DNA of 56,094 bases, counting the filler, from Bipalium vagum (lineage: Eukaryota): the NCBI GenBank assembly GCA_037834085.1. It is 3 parts of 3 records of this genome, joined end to end, with 100 filler letters (N's around TTAATTAATTAA, not from the genome) between each part and the next. Parts side by side here need not be neighbours in the genome. Positions count along the whole stretch, not along the records: positions 18,303 to 40,206 come from JBBMKC010229749.1; positions 40,307 to 56,094 come from JBBMKC010145803.1; 1 more part is not named here. One strand, 5' to 3'. Shown here piece by piece: positions 39,241 through 51,946 of this stretch (position 1 is its first letter; the number at the start of each line of letters is the position of its first letter). Below the pieces are notes generated by a model. That model was not told the DNA's origin. It made no database searches and saw nothing but the letters and a program-made list of their open reading frames with translations. The translations under genes were made by a program, and so were the position numbers.

Positions 39241-40206
39241 CACTTTTATAAAAAAAATGCTTCAATAATATCATTGAATTTCTATTATCTAAACTGAATT
39301 CAATAATATTTGCTCATATTTATTGATTGTTTTATGTAAACATTTCCACGGACTCCTTAATTTTATTTTCTCACTATTTTAAGGACTTCACACATCCCAC
39401 ATATAATTCCAAAAAAGATTAATTATTATATTTGTAAATCCACTGATACATAAATATGTTTGGTTTTGAATAAAATTTCAATAGAAATATAATGTGAGTT
39501 CTTTTGATTACTATGCAAGGATGAAAGATATCTAATTAATTTTCTTGTTTTAATTCAGATATTCTAAAATTAAATCGCATTAATTTCCATTTGAATTTGA
39601 ATGAACGTCATTTGGTGAAATAATTTTATAAATATTTTTATGTTACGCTTCATTCTCCAAAATTATAAATATCATTATATTTATGATCACTGAACTAAAT
39701 ACATAAGTTCCGCAAAACTATTTTTAGTCGTCACAGAATTGAGATGTCTCTAATATATTGGTTCCCATTAGGATTTAGTAAAGATTTTTGAGGTGAAAAA
39801 ATTATTATTGATAACATCCTGTTTCATAATCTGTAAGTTCAGTTTTGAAATGTTATTTATATTTAATGTTACAATTCAATTCAGAAAGATCACTCAAATA
39901 TTAATTAGTCTTAAAGAAAAATTGTTTTATTATCTATTTTCCTCTTTTTATTGTCTCTATCAGAACAGAATACTTTTGTCTTACAATTGGTTTCTTTGTC
40001 CCTTATTAATGTGAAAACGATAGTGAAAAAAATGTGAAAAATTAAATAACCTAATCAAGTGAGAGAGTTATAAAATAAACAATATGCAAAAAGTTCTATT
40101 AAGCTCACAATGTGTGACCATAAAAACTCAAGTATGACCAAGGAAGTCCCATAAGGACTAAGCGATGTTATTTAATAACAAAAGGATAAAGAAAGTAAAT
40201 TAAAAT

Positions 40207-40306
40207 NNNNNNNNNNNNNNNNNNNNNNNNNNNNNNNNNNNNNNNNNNNNTTAATTAATTAANNNNNNNNNNNNNNNNNNNNNNNNNNNNNNNNNNNNNN
40301 NNNNNN
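40207..40306. other. Assembly spacer (N44-TTAATTAATTAA-N44)
   Basis: Same synthetic linker as 18203-18302. Confidence 0.97.
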
Positions 40307-41459
40307 TATTTCCCAACATAAAATGAATATCAGTGCTCGTCAAATTGGCAGAAATTTAAAATTATGGCATACAACAGTCAGCGCTATAATAAAAAAGTAC
40401 AATGATACCGGCATCATTAAGAACAATGAAAGAGCTGGACGACCAAAAAAATCTACTGATACAGAAGACTGTAGAATTATAATCACGAGCAAGCTTAATA
40501 GACGTCTAACGGCATCAGAAATTGGCTCTCACATAAACCATGCCCGAGAAAGAGGTACTAGCGTAACAACGGTAAAAGACCGGCTTCATAAGGCCGGTCT
40601 ATTTGGAAGAATTTCCGGTAGGAAACCATTACTTTGGCCTAAAAATAAGAAGATAAGATTAGAATGGGCTAGGGAACACCAAAACTGGTCATCCGAAGAC
40701 TAGTGTCAAGTACTTTGGTCGGATGAATCGAAGTTTGAAGTTTTTGGATCAAGAAGGCGTTTATTTGTTCGCAGGTCTACTGGTGAGAGATTCTCAGATC
40801 AATGCATAATCCCAACTATGAAGCACGGAGGACGATCTGTTATGATTTGTGGTTGTTTTAGTGATCCATCATTAAGAGATGTAATCAAAATTGATTGGAA
40901 ACTATTCAAAGAAGGCTTTAAAAATATACTACGAAGTAACGCCATTTTTCTGGACTACGGATTATCGGCAATAATTTTACTTTTCAACAGGACAATGATC
41001 CCAAACATAAAGCCAAAATATGTCAGGATTATTTGAAAAAGATGGAAAAGAAAAATATCAAAAAATAATGATCTGGTGCTATCAATCACCCGACCTTAAT
41101 CCCATAGAGTTAATATGAGATGAATTGGACCGAAGTGTTAGAAAAACCTGCTCAAATACAAAGAAGGATCTGTGGCAGAAACTCAAAAAGGAATGCGTAA
41201 AAATTAAACCAGATACCTTAAGAAATTTATTAGAGAGGATGCCAGATGCTAGATGATCATTGAAAAACAAGGAGGTTACATAGATGAAGCTTCGATTAAA
41301 TGCTTAATTAGTTATTTAAACTTTTTCTTATGTTACTGTGTTTGGTAAGTATCAATAAATATGTGTTGAAAAAATCTTAACTTTTATTGATTTTTTGTAA
41401 GAGTTGTTAATGTTCAAAGTTATACTTAAAGGGTGTACATATACTTTCCGACGGCAGTG
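40307..41459 (+). mobile_element. Tc1 (DD34E) element with a nearly complete transposase pseudogene and 3' TIR
   Basis: ORFs 40323-40703 and 40818-41036 plus intervening frames give RAGRPKK, RKPLL, LWSDESKF, KHGGRSVMI, FQQDNDPKH and QSPDLNPIE. Ends ...CCGACGGCAGTG followed by TA. Confidence 0.93.
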
Positions 41460-43200
41460 TATAAACAAAATGCGCACAAACGTTCTTCGTTATCTAATAT
41501 AATTAAAATTTATATAATAATCGCAAAAGTTAAATATTTTTCATCATCCAACATAATTTTAATCTCCTATGTAATGAAATATCTTCAAAAAATTGACACT
41601 TAATCCGTATCAAATATCAATATACCGTATTTTTGCGCAAGGAAAGCGCAGACGCATGTAACCAGCAGCCTAATAATTCCCGCACATCTTATTGGTTTGC
41701 GGATAAAATTCTTATATAATCCGCACCATCACAAATCCAGCATTAAAGTTACATAATAAATATCAATTAATAAATAAATATACAGTATTTCCACACAAGA
41801 ATCATGATATATATTAATAAATATTAATTATCTCTAATTGTTTTACTCATTGCGTATTGTTACATATTTTAAAATTTTGAATTGAAAATCATACACAGTT
41901 GATTTTAAATTGATATCTGTAGATTATGCGAATAGATTTGAGAAGGCCAGATTAGTTAGACAAAAAGCCTACCTGAGATCCGACAAGTTTTTTTGTTCAG
42001 AAATCAACGTTTCTGAGAATAATGGGGATATTTGACTTTGTTGCTAAAATATATAAATTTGATTGTCAATTTGATCAAACTTTTTTTATTGGTTATGATG
42101 TAATAGTTTCTTATTTGTCTAACTATATATTTATTAAGTTTTCCATGCTTGAATGATTTTAAAAAGACTGGTATAAACTGCACTCACATGTAGCTAGCAA
42201 ATCTTAGTGCATATATGTGCGAAAATATATTATTTTGAAACTCCCAATCCTTTTTGATATTTACTTCAAATTTTAAAAAATTTTGAAGAACAGTTAAACT
42301 AGAAATCTGATATTTTCGACCAAGACACGCTTATATCGTCCGATATTGCCATGTGCATCTTTAACCAAATTGGTAATCTGTTTATTGTTTATAAATAGTG
42401 GTCTACCAGGTTTTCTTTCTTCACATCATAATTTATCATCGTGTTATCTCTGAAAAATTGAAAAAAGAGTCATGATTTATCATTTCATTCAGAAAGAACT
42501 TCACAACTTCATTTCTCGAATGCTGTCCAAGTATGATATAAACTCTGTGATGCTTTTGCTCTTCGGCTTATTATTTGAATAGTCAATTATTTAAAACCAA
42601 CTGAAAGATATTACGTTGTCACATGTGAAATGTCAAAATTTGTAAATCTTCATTAAACTAATATACAGGTATAAACGTATCAAGTAATAATTATCATATA
42701 AATCTATTTATAATTCAATTTAAAATTGAAATCTGATTAATCAATATATATGTATTAACAATTTTTAATTCGTTAGTGCATATACAAAGACTTCAATATT
42801 ATACAAGAAGAAATTTAATTGGATTGAATTGAATACAAAAATATTTAAGTTTAATTTCAGCAGGAAATGTTTGGATACCGTTTATTTAATTGTTATTATT
42901 CATTATCTTTTACAATATTCTAATCAAAATATATTTTAAAGATAAATTCAGTTTATCTTTCATAATAAAAGTCATTTTTCACAAGAATCAAATTATGAGA
43001 AAATTATAGTCAATTTTCTTTTGTTTATTTTATTCATGTCTGAAACTTAGTCTATTTTCTTTCAACAAATTATTTTTAATAAATTTTATTTAAATTTATT
43101 TATTTTATTTTGTTCTAATTTTTTTTTAAATAATTAATTTTGTGATTTTTAAACATAATAATAATAACATTAAAAAAATAATTATAAGATAAAAAAATAA

Positions 43201-43222
43201 AATAATAATAATAATAATAATG

Positions 43223-43279
<57 letters not shown>
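43201..43279. repeat. (AAT)n microsatellite
   Basis: Direct inspection. Confidence 0.95.
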
Positions 43280-44351
43280 CTTACGATCCTTTAATATTAA
43301 CTTACAAATTTTTATTATTATTTTTTCTTAATTTTTATGAATAGAAATTTGTTGAAAGAAAATTCTAAATTCATAGAACTTTTCTAGATGAATTTCAATG
43401 TTAAGAAGGACTGCAATAAATATATTGGATCAAAGTTAAATAATAATTTACAGAAACGCAATTCAGAAACTTTTACAGTTAATTTCATAATAAAATTACA
43501 AAATTAATAAATACTAATGAAAATGGAACCATTTATTATTGATTAATTTTCATTTGAGTCTATCAATAAATTCTGGAGCGATTTGTCAAGGATTTTCTCA
43601 ATGATTTCTTTTAAGTCGTCTAGATTTGAAACCGTCTTTTGCATTGATTATCACTAATATCAATATCATCAACACCCATCACATATTATTCGGTATGATT
43701 GTGCGGCAGTCTTTCCTTGTTTGAAATCATATCACAAACTAATTTGATTTTTTTATTTTGGTCAACGATGTTTCCAAGTTTATTTTTCAACTAAAATTGA
43801 ATGAAATGACAGGTAATATTGATAAAATTGATTACAAAATAAAATTTTAAATGTGCGGTTTCTTTGTTGTTTATGCAATAATAAATGTTATTCATTAAAA
43901 CAATATAATATTTTATTCTTTCATAATAAATAAAACATTTTCTGTTTAATATCATTATTTTATTTATTTTTATTATTTTAATTTATTATTTACCACTTTT
44001 ATTTATTAATTATTATTTATCAAATTATTAATACAGAAATAAATTATTTTAATTCAATTAAAATAAAATAATTTAAACAGAAAATTTTCCGTTTTTTTGG
44101 ATTAGTCGAATATTTTACGTTTGCAAAATCTGAAATAATTTTATTTTTCGGAATTTTTAAATATTGAGATTAAAGATTTTTAAAAATTGAAAATGGAAAC
44201 TATTGATTACTTATTTAAAGAGCTTCGTAATCCAAAGTTTCTGATAACAGATGATATCTCTAATCCTATCTAATCTTGCTCTCAGGTTTTGATGATTCTG
44301 TAAATATTTATTTTTTATTTATTTTTATTTGTTTGTTTCAATTGTAGCATC

Positions 44352-44564
44352 ATGAATAAACTGCACTTATCAATTTTCGTTGTGGCCATCATCTTTGCAG
44401 CTTCGACCAACGGTGAATTCGAGAACGACATGTTGAGCGGCCATCAACCGTACGGCATGATGCCGAATTGGAGAGCGGACAATTTCAATAAGTTCAAACA
44501 ACGCTCACTGAAAAGAGGGGCGGCCTGGCAGGACATGTTGTGGGGCAAACGACGCAGTGAATAG
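44352..44564 (+). CDS. Neuropeptide precursor (Wamide type; predicted GAAWQDMLW-NH2)
   Basis: 70 aa with a hydrophobic signal peptide (MNKLHLSIFVVAIIFAASTNG) and KR-GAAWQDMLW-G-KRR, i.e. dibasic convertase sites plus an amidation Gly. AG acceptor 4 nt upstream of the ATG (44347) and AATAAA at about 44600. Confidence 0.85.
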   Translation: MNKLHLSIFVVAIIFAASTNGEFENDMLSGHQPYGMMPNWRADNFNKFKQRSLKRGAAWQDMLWGKRRSE

Positions 44565-45469
44565 CCCAGCTGAAACCATAGATTGAGATCGATGTATTTA
44601 ATAAATACTTGTGTAAATCATTACGTTTCGTCCATTGATCCCGATATAAATATAAAATTAACGTGAATAAAAGACAGAGTTAAACCCCCAAAAAAGAACG
44701 TCGTTCATGACGTGATTAGTCCGAGATTGAAATTTTATTTATTTATTTATTTATTTATTTCCGTGACAGAGAATAAAAAAACAACAATTTTTCGATCGGA
44801 AGAAAAATCCAACGATGACAATTTTTCATCCGAGCAATTAATGTCACAGAGGGGTACATTGGCAATTTGGAATTAACAAAACGGGAAAAACGTGCTGGAA
44901 AATTATTAATTAAATTATAAATTAAAAAAAGAAATTTTTTTCTCTATTTTAAAAATTGATTTTGAAAATTATTCCGATAATTTTTGTTCGGGGGAGTACC
45001 TTCGTATTCGGAAAAATATTTTTATTTTTTGTTTTAATGAAAAGAATTATTTTACAATCTGACAATCTGGCGAGCGGATTATCGGTAGAAATCATAAGAT
45101 TATTACTAAAAATTTTTCTTTTTTCTTATTTAAAACAATAAAGGAAAATATTAGGTCGGCAAATTGTCATATTTATAGATTTTTTCGATTTTATTATGAA
45201 AGTTGACTGGATTTATTTTATTTTATATTTTATATGTATATTAATATCATTTTATTTTATTAATAAACTTTTGCGCTCGGAAAGGAAATAAGTCAGCTGT
45301 ACTAACACGCTTAACTGGGCAAAGTGAAAAATGTCGGGAAATTATTCTCAAATTAAAATTGCAAAATTATCGAAAATATTTAATTTATTATTTTAATTAT
45401 TTATTATTGGTTATTAATTTTTAATAAATAAATACACTTTAAAATGTATTGCATTTTATATTATATTGG

Positions 45470-45850
45470 GTTCCTGTAGGTGTAGAAGGTTTATTCCTTA
45501 TAGGAAAAGCGATACCTGCTAAATCATGAGACACTCGTTTACTGAGCGTCGATGTTTTCCCAAGTTGGTGGTTAGGGTGTATAATTGTTTGCAATGACTG
45601 GCTGTTAGTTGTCTGACAGGTTACCGAATCATTTTATGAAGATCTCCCTGGGACAAGATTTTTAATTTATTCATTTTCAAGTGCCAAGGGTCTTCCAAAA
45701 CCTCCATTTTTTGACTTTTATTATCATTTTTAAATGTTTTGAACCAGTTTTGCTGTATGCATATCGAATGCCCTATTGGTTTTATAAGTGGTAACCACAG
45801 CCTAGTTTGAACTCGTACGGCGCAATTGGTTATAATTTGAAATTTTCTAA
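45470..45850 (-). pseudogene. mariner-like 5' remnant
   Basis: Minus-strand NWFKTFKN...GFGRP (WFxxFxxG...SGRP-like) HTH region. Confidence 0.4.
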
Positions 45851-47639
45851 TATCACTTAAACAAATAATATTAATTAAAAGTTAGTAATGGTAGTAAAGT
45901 AAGACCAAGGAAAATGTAAAACAAATTCTGCGCTTTCAAATGATTTATAAATTAATGCATTAAAACAAATATCATCTCAAAAAATCTATTATCAATTTTG
46001 AATGACATCAGATGATTATCGACTTCCAGAGTTGTATAACATGGATTTCAAAAAGTGCTTATTGATTTAAGGACTAAGTTGAAGTTTAAAATGTCGTCAG
46101 ATGAAAATTGATAAATATTGTGTCAAAGTAAAACTGATCTTACAAAACTACAAAACCTGTCATTGAATATCATACCCACCGATATCTTTTTTCTCTCAAG
46201 TTTATAAGAAGCCTTGGAAAACTCTCACAGAAACTTTAGTTATAATTGGAATCATTCTTCAACTCATTTATCAGGATTGAGAGAAATAATGTTTTATCGA
46301 CCTGGACTATAAATGGTCAAGTCACACAGATGATGTATAAAACATTTCAAAAAGTTTTGAGTTTTGAAAAAAGTTATGTCAACCGTTATAACGAAGGTGA
46401 AAGATTACATCCTGTCTTTTGTAAATTCAGCCTATTCTGAGTTCTCTTTGTTCTGAACCATAGCAGGACTTGTGCGATCTTTCCACGGTCTATGCTCTTT
46501 TCTTTTGGGTGTTGCAGCATCAGGATTTAAATCATATTTACATTATCTTCTCGATATTGTACACTGTTCGGAGCGGGGTATTATTGACCTCCGAAATTTC
46601 GTCCTGCGCGTAAACTGTGCTTAATGCTTAATCTTACTTCAAATCCATTGGTCATGGTTGGTTGATTTGGAAATAATGTATGAAAAATTAGTTTAAATGA
46701 TGCCGATTGATGATTTATACAACGTGTAGAATTTTTAACATTTAAAACACGTGATACATTAAAGTTCAAAGTTCCTGCAAATTTATCGCACGCATCCTGT
46801 GATAAAATTTGATGATAACCAATGCAGTACGTACGACGGCTGTTGGAAAAGTTTGTTGAATCAAGCACCCGAAAAATAAAACAAACTATAATTATTTTTT
46901 TAAAATAATCGTCGTTAAAGTCTAAACATTCGCATGCAATCGAGCAAATTTTTTAACTAGCAGTTTTCCATTCTGAAGATTGCACATCACATACAAATAA
47001 TTGGAATTTTGCACTATCTGCTTCAGGCAACGAATACCACTACTTTATATTATACACGAATCACTTTCTCATGAGGCACGTGGTTTATATTCATGTTTCC
47101 TTGTCGGGTAAAATCTATCCTGGTAATAATTATATTTGAGTATATATTAACACATCATTGCCAGTCAAAACCTCTTGGGAACATAAAATAATAATAATAA
47201 ATAATTCCATTTCTTTTGAAAATATTTATTCAATTTTGAAAGGAGTGGCTTCGATGCGAAGATATCCTTTGAAGTTAGCAAGAATAAATAATTGTTGACC
47301 TCAATGTGGACCTCACACAGTGTTCATTAAACGACGTTTTCAATTGTCAAATAATCGATAATTTTTCGTTGTCCCACTAAAAATAATGAAATTTTTGACT
47401 AACATTTTCAAACATCATTGAAGAATTTGAGCAAATAAATTTCGATTAATCAATTTTCAGTAGGTGCACAAAAAATCTTTTCCAAATGATTTTATTATTA
47501 ATATTATCATATAAGGAAATCAACTGTCAAAGACTCAATGTCCAAGATTGTCTGTTGGAAATTTTTGGACGATTCTTGTGTAAACATTTTTACCATAACC
47601 GTGTGTCATTATATCATTACTTTAAAGCTTATGTCAAAT

Positions 47640-48010
47640 GACGTGATTCCATTCGTTCTTAAATCCAGTGGCTTATGAATGACGGAAAACATTGAGATCT
47701 GAAATTCAGGAACTGCAAGGCATCGAGGTCATCTTGGTCCAGTGTATATCCCGGATCTCGCTCATTTTCATGTTTCGGTATCTCAAACTTTTTTAAGAGG
47801 GAGATGCTTTGGTTCAGAGGAAAAAAAATAAAATATCCAAATTCTCTGCCTCGAAAAAATCTGAGTGGTATCACTATGGAATTGAGCAGTGGGTGGAATG
47901 ATGGCTTCGAGTTATAGAAACTGGTGGACAATGTCGAGGATTAATGTGATCTGTGTTAAAAAATGAAGCATTTGCCTAAAAACATGAATAACTTTTGACA
48001 CAACCTGATA
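47640..48010 (+). mobile_element. mariner 3' fragment with TIR
   Basis: YIPDLA motif and KLVDNVED C-terminus; ends ...TTTGACACAACCTGATA. Confidence 0.7.
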
Positions 48011-49334
48011 TTGTGAACTTCACCGAGTACGGTTTTCAGCAGAAATCGTAGGTAATGTTTTCAAAACCATCAAATATTGATAATTCTTGATTCTTCAAAC
48101 AAAAAAACACTGAATTTTTAATTCTAGATCACCGATAAACTATACACTTTTCGATTATGCTTCTCGATATTCCATCTAGAAATTATCTTTTTTCAATGAA
48201 CTTCACAAATTTTCGACAAAACTAATCGCATGTTTTCAATATATTTGACATTGGCCAGTTTCTTGAAAACGGATACTTCCTCAGTACATTGACCCCTTAT
48301 ATTGTATATGTTTTTCAACAGCTGTTTCTCATTCCCGTTTATCAAATAAAATTTGATGTAAAGGTTGGACAGTTTGGTTAAAGGGGTTTAGTTCAATCCT
48401 CTTTTTCTTAAGACTCTTCGTTTCAATGTTATATACCTTACCTTTTATTCGTTTGGAGAAGCGGTTTTTAACAGAAAATTCTTTTGTTGATTCTTAAATG
48501 GAATTTTAAAAGTAAAATCAATAAATAAAATAAAAGATAAGGGACAACCTGTAAAATCTCACAAAAATGAAATATATTCTTTTAAATCTTTGTAAACGTT
48601 TTTAATTTAAGATGTTATTTTTTGTTCTTTAGATTTCGCAGTTGACAATCTCGTTGTCATTCAAATTGGAAGGTTATTGTCAAAACTAACTTTCAACATT
48701 CTTTCTAAGAATCTTTGACCATAAAATCATATAAATATATGGAGAATCCCAAACAAATTTCTCGTGACCCTTCTATCATTTAAAAGTGGGACATTTTATG
48801 ATGGGAATCGTTGGAAAATAATCTTGGAAAGGAAAACCCCGAAGATCATCATTTTTTGTTAAATTTCAATTCACAAAACAGAGTAGTTACCGAGAACGGT
48901 GATCTGTCTTTCCTGAAATGATCTTCCTTCGATACTTCTTAAAGTAAAAGTTTGCAATAGTAATATTTTTAAATATTTTCCACAGGTCATTTATTCTCAG
49001 TGAGTCTCAGCCACATTCGATTCGATGTAATTTGGTGTAATTAGTTACCGTGAATCATCAATATTCGATATTTGTCTATTTATAGAATAACAGTTTTATT
49101 GATTATCTAATTTCACTTAAAATCATAACTTAATATTTTAAGTTTCCTCCAAGCGTTTCGCGCAAATAAATCCATCTTTAAACTTAAACTTGTTTAAGTT
49201 AAGTTTTTCGTTTATCTCACATCCATTTTATTGAACTTAACAAATGATACTTATATATGTTGAAGAAAAATGATTAAGCAAATAAATTATAAGGTCCTGA
49301 TAATAATTCATAATATTTATTTTATCTAATAAAT

Positions 49335-49855
49335 TTAGTTTGTGATGGTCTTGCAGCTGACAATCTTTTCTTCATTGCAAGCGGCCATGACAGTGACAAC
49401 AACGGTGTCTCCTTTGTCGAATCTTTCTCTAATGTCCAAATCCAATTGACCTCCTGGAAGGGTGACGTCTTCTTTCATTTCTCCTCTGTCATTCATCAAA
49501 CTGACAAAGCCATCGTCTTGTATGTCGAGAAGTTGGTATTCAACTCTGGTCACGATGGGCATTTCTTTGTTGGCAGTGGAAGGTGAAACGTCTTCACATT
49601 TTCTGTCATTGAAAATATCAATAGCGGTGACAGAAACTTTGGCAGATCCGTGCTTTCCGGTTTTGCAAGTGCTCATATCGATGATTTTGCATGGTCTGTC
49701 CTTGATCATGATGTATTGACCTTTTCTGAAGGCACTCATCTGTTGGGGAATGGTGAGAGAAGCTCCCGAATCGACATTTTCAAAGGTTTCTTCGTATTCA
49801 GTCTTAAATAACAAAAGTTAATAAACAAAATATTTTCTCATGCTTTATTTACCAT
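49335..49855 (-). CDS. eIF5A: Eukaryotic translation factor 5A (divergent), 156 aa, 2 coding exons
   Basis: Exon 1 contributes only the ATG (49855-49853). A 50-nt GT-AG intron (49852-49803) precedes exon 2 (49802-49335): MTEYEETFENVDSGAS...RPCKIIDMSTCKTGKHGSAKV...IDIF...YQLLDIQDDGFVSLM. The hypusine Lys in TGKHG is intact. Confidence 0.95.
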
Positions 49856-50007
49856 GTTGCTTTCAATAATAATTGTCCAATATTGATTATATATTAAACA
49901 AATTTTTTAATATAATAAATTTTATTTTTTTGTATTTTTTTTTAATTTTAAATATATTTTTTTAATAAATTAAATCCCAATGATTAAAAAATAAAATTTG
50001 GAGTAAT

Positions 50008-50141
50008 TTTATCATACAATTACCGTTAAAGCACGTCGATCTGCAATAAAAAATTGATTCTTATTTAGGATTTTTTTTTTTTTTAAAAATATTAGTCTAG
50101 ACTTTATGCTCCAAATTTTTCATAATAAATAAAAATTAAAT
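50008..50141 (+). repeat. About 130-bp direct repeat, copy 1 (copy 2 at 53955-54088)
   Basis: TTTATCATACAATTACCGTTAAAGCACGT...AGTCTAGACTTTATGCTCCAAATTTTTCATAATAAATAAAAATTAAAT, with a few substitutions between the copies. Confidence 0.9.
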
Positions 50142-50859
50142 TTTTTTTACAGCCAATTCAAATTCTTTTTAATATCTCATTTGAAGATGAAAATATATTT
50201 CTCCATCTCAACACAAATCAATATTCAATTTTCTGAAAGAAAGGATTCCAAAAAATTCACACAAATTCTGTGTTCATGTCGGTTGATAAATGTTTTATTG
50301 TTGTTACGCCTTTAAAGGTGTTACTTTAAGGTCACCATCTTCACTGACCCGTCGCTTATAGTTATTAACGTGCTCTTTTAATTACAAATCAAACCGACCG
50401 CAATAATCTTTACGAATCAAAATAATCTCAATAACTTTTACTATATGAATGAATCAAAGTAATTGCAATAAGCTTTTATTGATTAATCACAAAGTGATAA
50501 CAAAAACAACGACAGTTCAAACCAAATGGTAGTAATATTCAAAGTTAAAATATATCAAACAGATAATGATCGCAATAAACGAACTGTTCAAGTATCAAAT
50601 GAAAATAATCGAAATCAAAATTTAAAGTTACTGCCAATACCCAAGTTATCCAGAATCGAACAAGACATCAAATTGAGCAAAAGTTAAATAAGAATTCCAA
50701 TTATATTATGATTAATTAGGAAAAGAAAAGTTGAATAATTAACAGCGAAGAACAAAAAATACTCATCAACCTTTGATGATGCGTGACTAGGTGCCTGTTA
50801 GACTCAAATCGATAAACCTATAGATGAACGAGGAAAACAGGGTCTGAATTGAATCCAAT

Positions 50860-51946
50860 CACATTAATCTAATAAATAAACAAACAAGAAAACTAAAGTG
50901 GGTACTTTCTTTACATTAAAGTCCTCCACTTTTAACGAGATTGGATAATGAATTGACATTTAAGATGGTAAAAGATCATAGAAATGGAAATTACTCAGTA
51001 CAGAAGCACTTGAAACTGTCCGAAAAGTTAATGAAGTTTGGGGTCATGGTACTGATAATCAGTCAACAGTGTGACTTTAGTACCAGAAGTTCCGTAAACG
51101 TGATTTATCACTTTAAAATGAGGAACGAATTGATCGTCCTTCCAAACTTGATGACATGAATTTAAAGGCTCTAGTGGAAGAGGATACACGAACAAGAGTA
51201 AGAAAACTTGCCAAAAGTCTAGATGTCAGTATTGGAACCGTTTCCAGTCATGAATCAAGTAGTTAAGACAAAAACCTGGACACGTGGGTACAACATGAGC
51301 TAACCATAAAAAAACAAAATTAAATGCCATATTCTCAGAACTCATTTTGAGGATAAAAAAAATGAGCCATTTCTTCATTGTATTATTATTTGTGATGAAA
51401 AATGGTTGCGATATGGCATTATTGAACTTTCAACATAGTGGTTAGACATCTGTGGATGTCCCAAGTCCCTCAAAAAGCAGAGTTACCACGTAAAAAAGAT
51501 TATGGTTTCTGTTTAGTGGTGTTCAAAAGGAGTGATTCATTACGATTACCTTGAAATGGGAGAAATGATAACTGCCTAGAAATTGATATTATGCAAGAAA
51601 ATTTGGAAAGAATGTTCCGACCGTTGATCAATAGAAAAGATCCAATTTTATTACAAACAATGCCCGTCCGCACAAAGCAAGAGAATCATGGATAAACTGA
51701 AAAGCCTAAATTATGAAATTCTGCCACATCCATCATACACACCCGATCTCTTACCAACTTACTTGCTAAACAGCGAATTTGAACAGTTTATTGACTCCGA
51801 ATTATATCGCATATAAATGGAAAGTCTACCAATTCATTGGTAAAAGTGTATAAGCGCAATGGTTTTTATTTTAATCAATAAACCTTTTGTTTCGACTGAC
51901 TTATGCTGTTTTAAAATGAATGTACAAAACTTTCTGAACAACCTAA
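50860..51946 (+). mobile_element. Decayed mariner element
   Basis: TWVQHEL, IIICDEKW, KIMVSV*WCSKGVIHYDYL, NARPH and LPHPSYTPDL motifs; ends ...GAACAACCTAATA. Confidence 0.85.

Noticed and set aside
49462-49719. 85-aa plus-strand ORF
   Set aside because: Antisense shadow of the eIF5A exon.
49803-49814. ORF-track start MLFK for eIF5A
   Set aside because: It lies within a 50-nt GT-AG intron; the real ATG is at 49855-49853.
4807-49855. A functional cluster linking the MS4A-like, UBASH3, PDZ, neuropeptide and eIF5A genes
   Set aside because: The genes sit on three contigs joined by artificial spacers, and no shared regulatory signal is visible.
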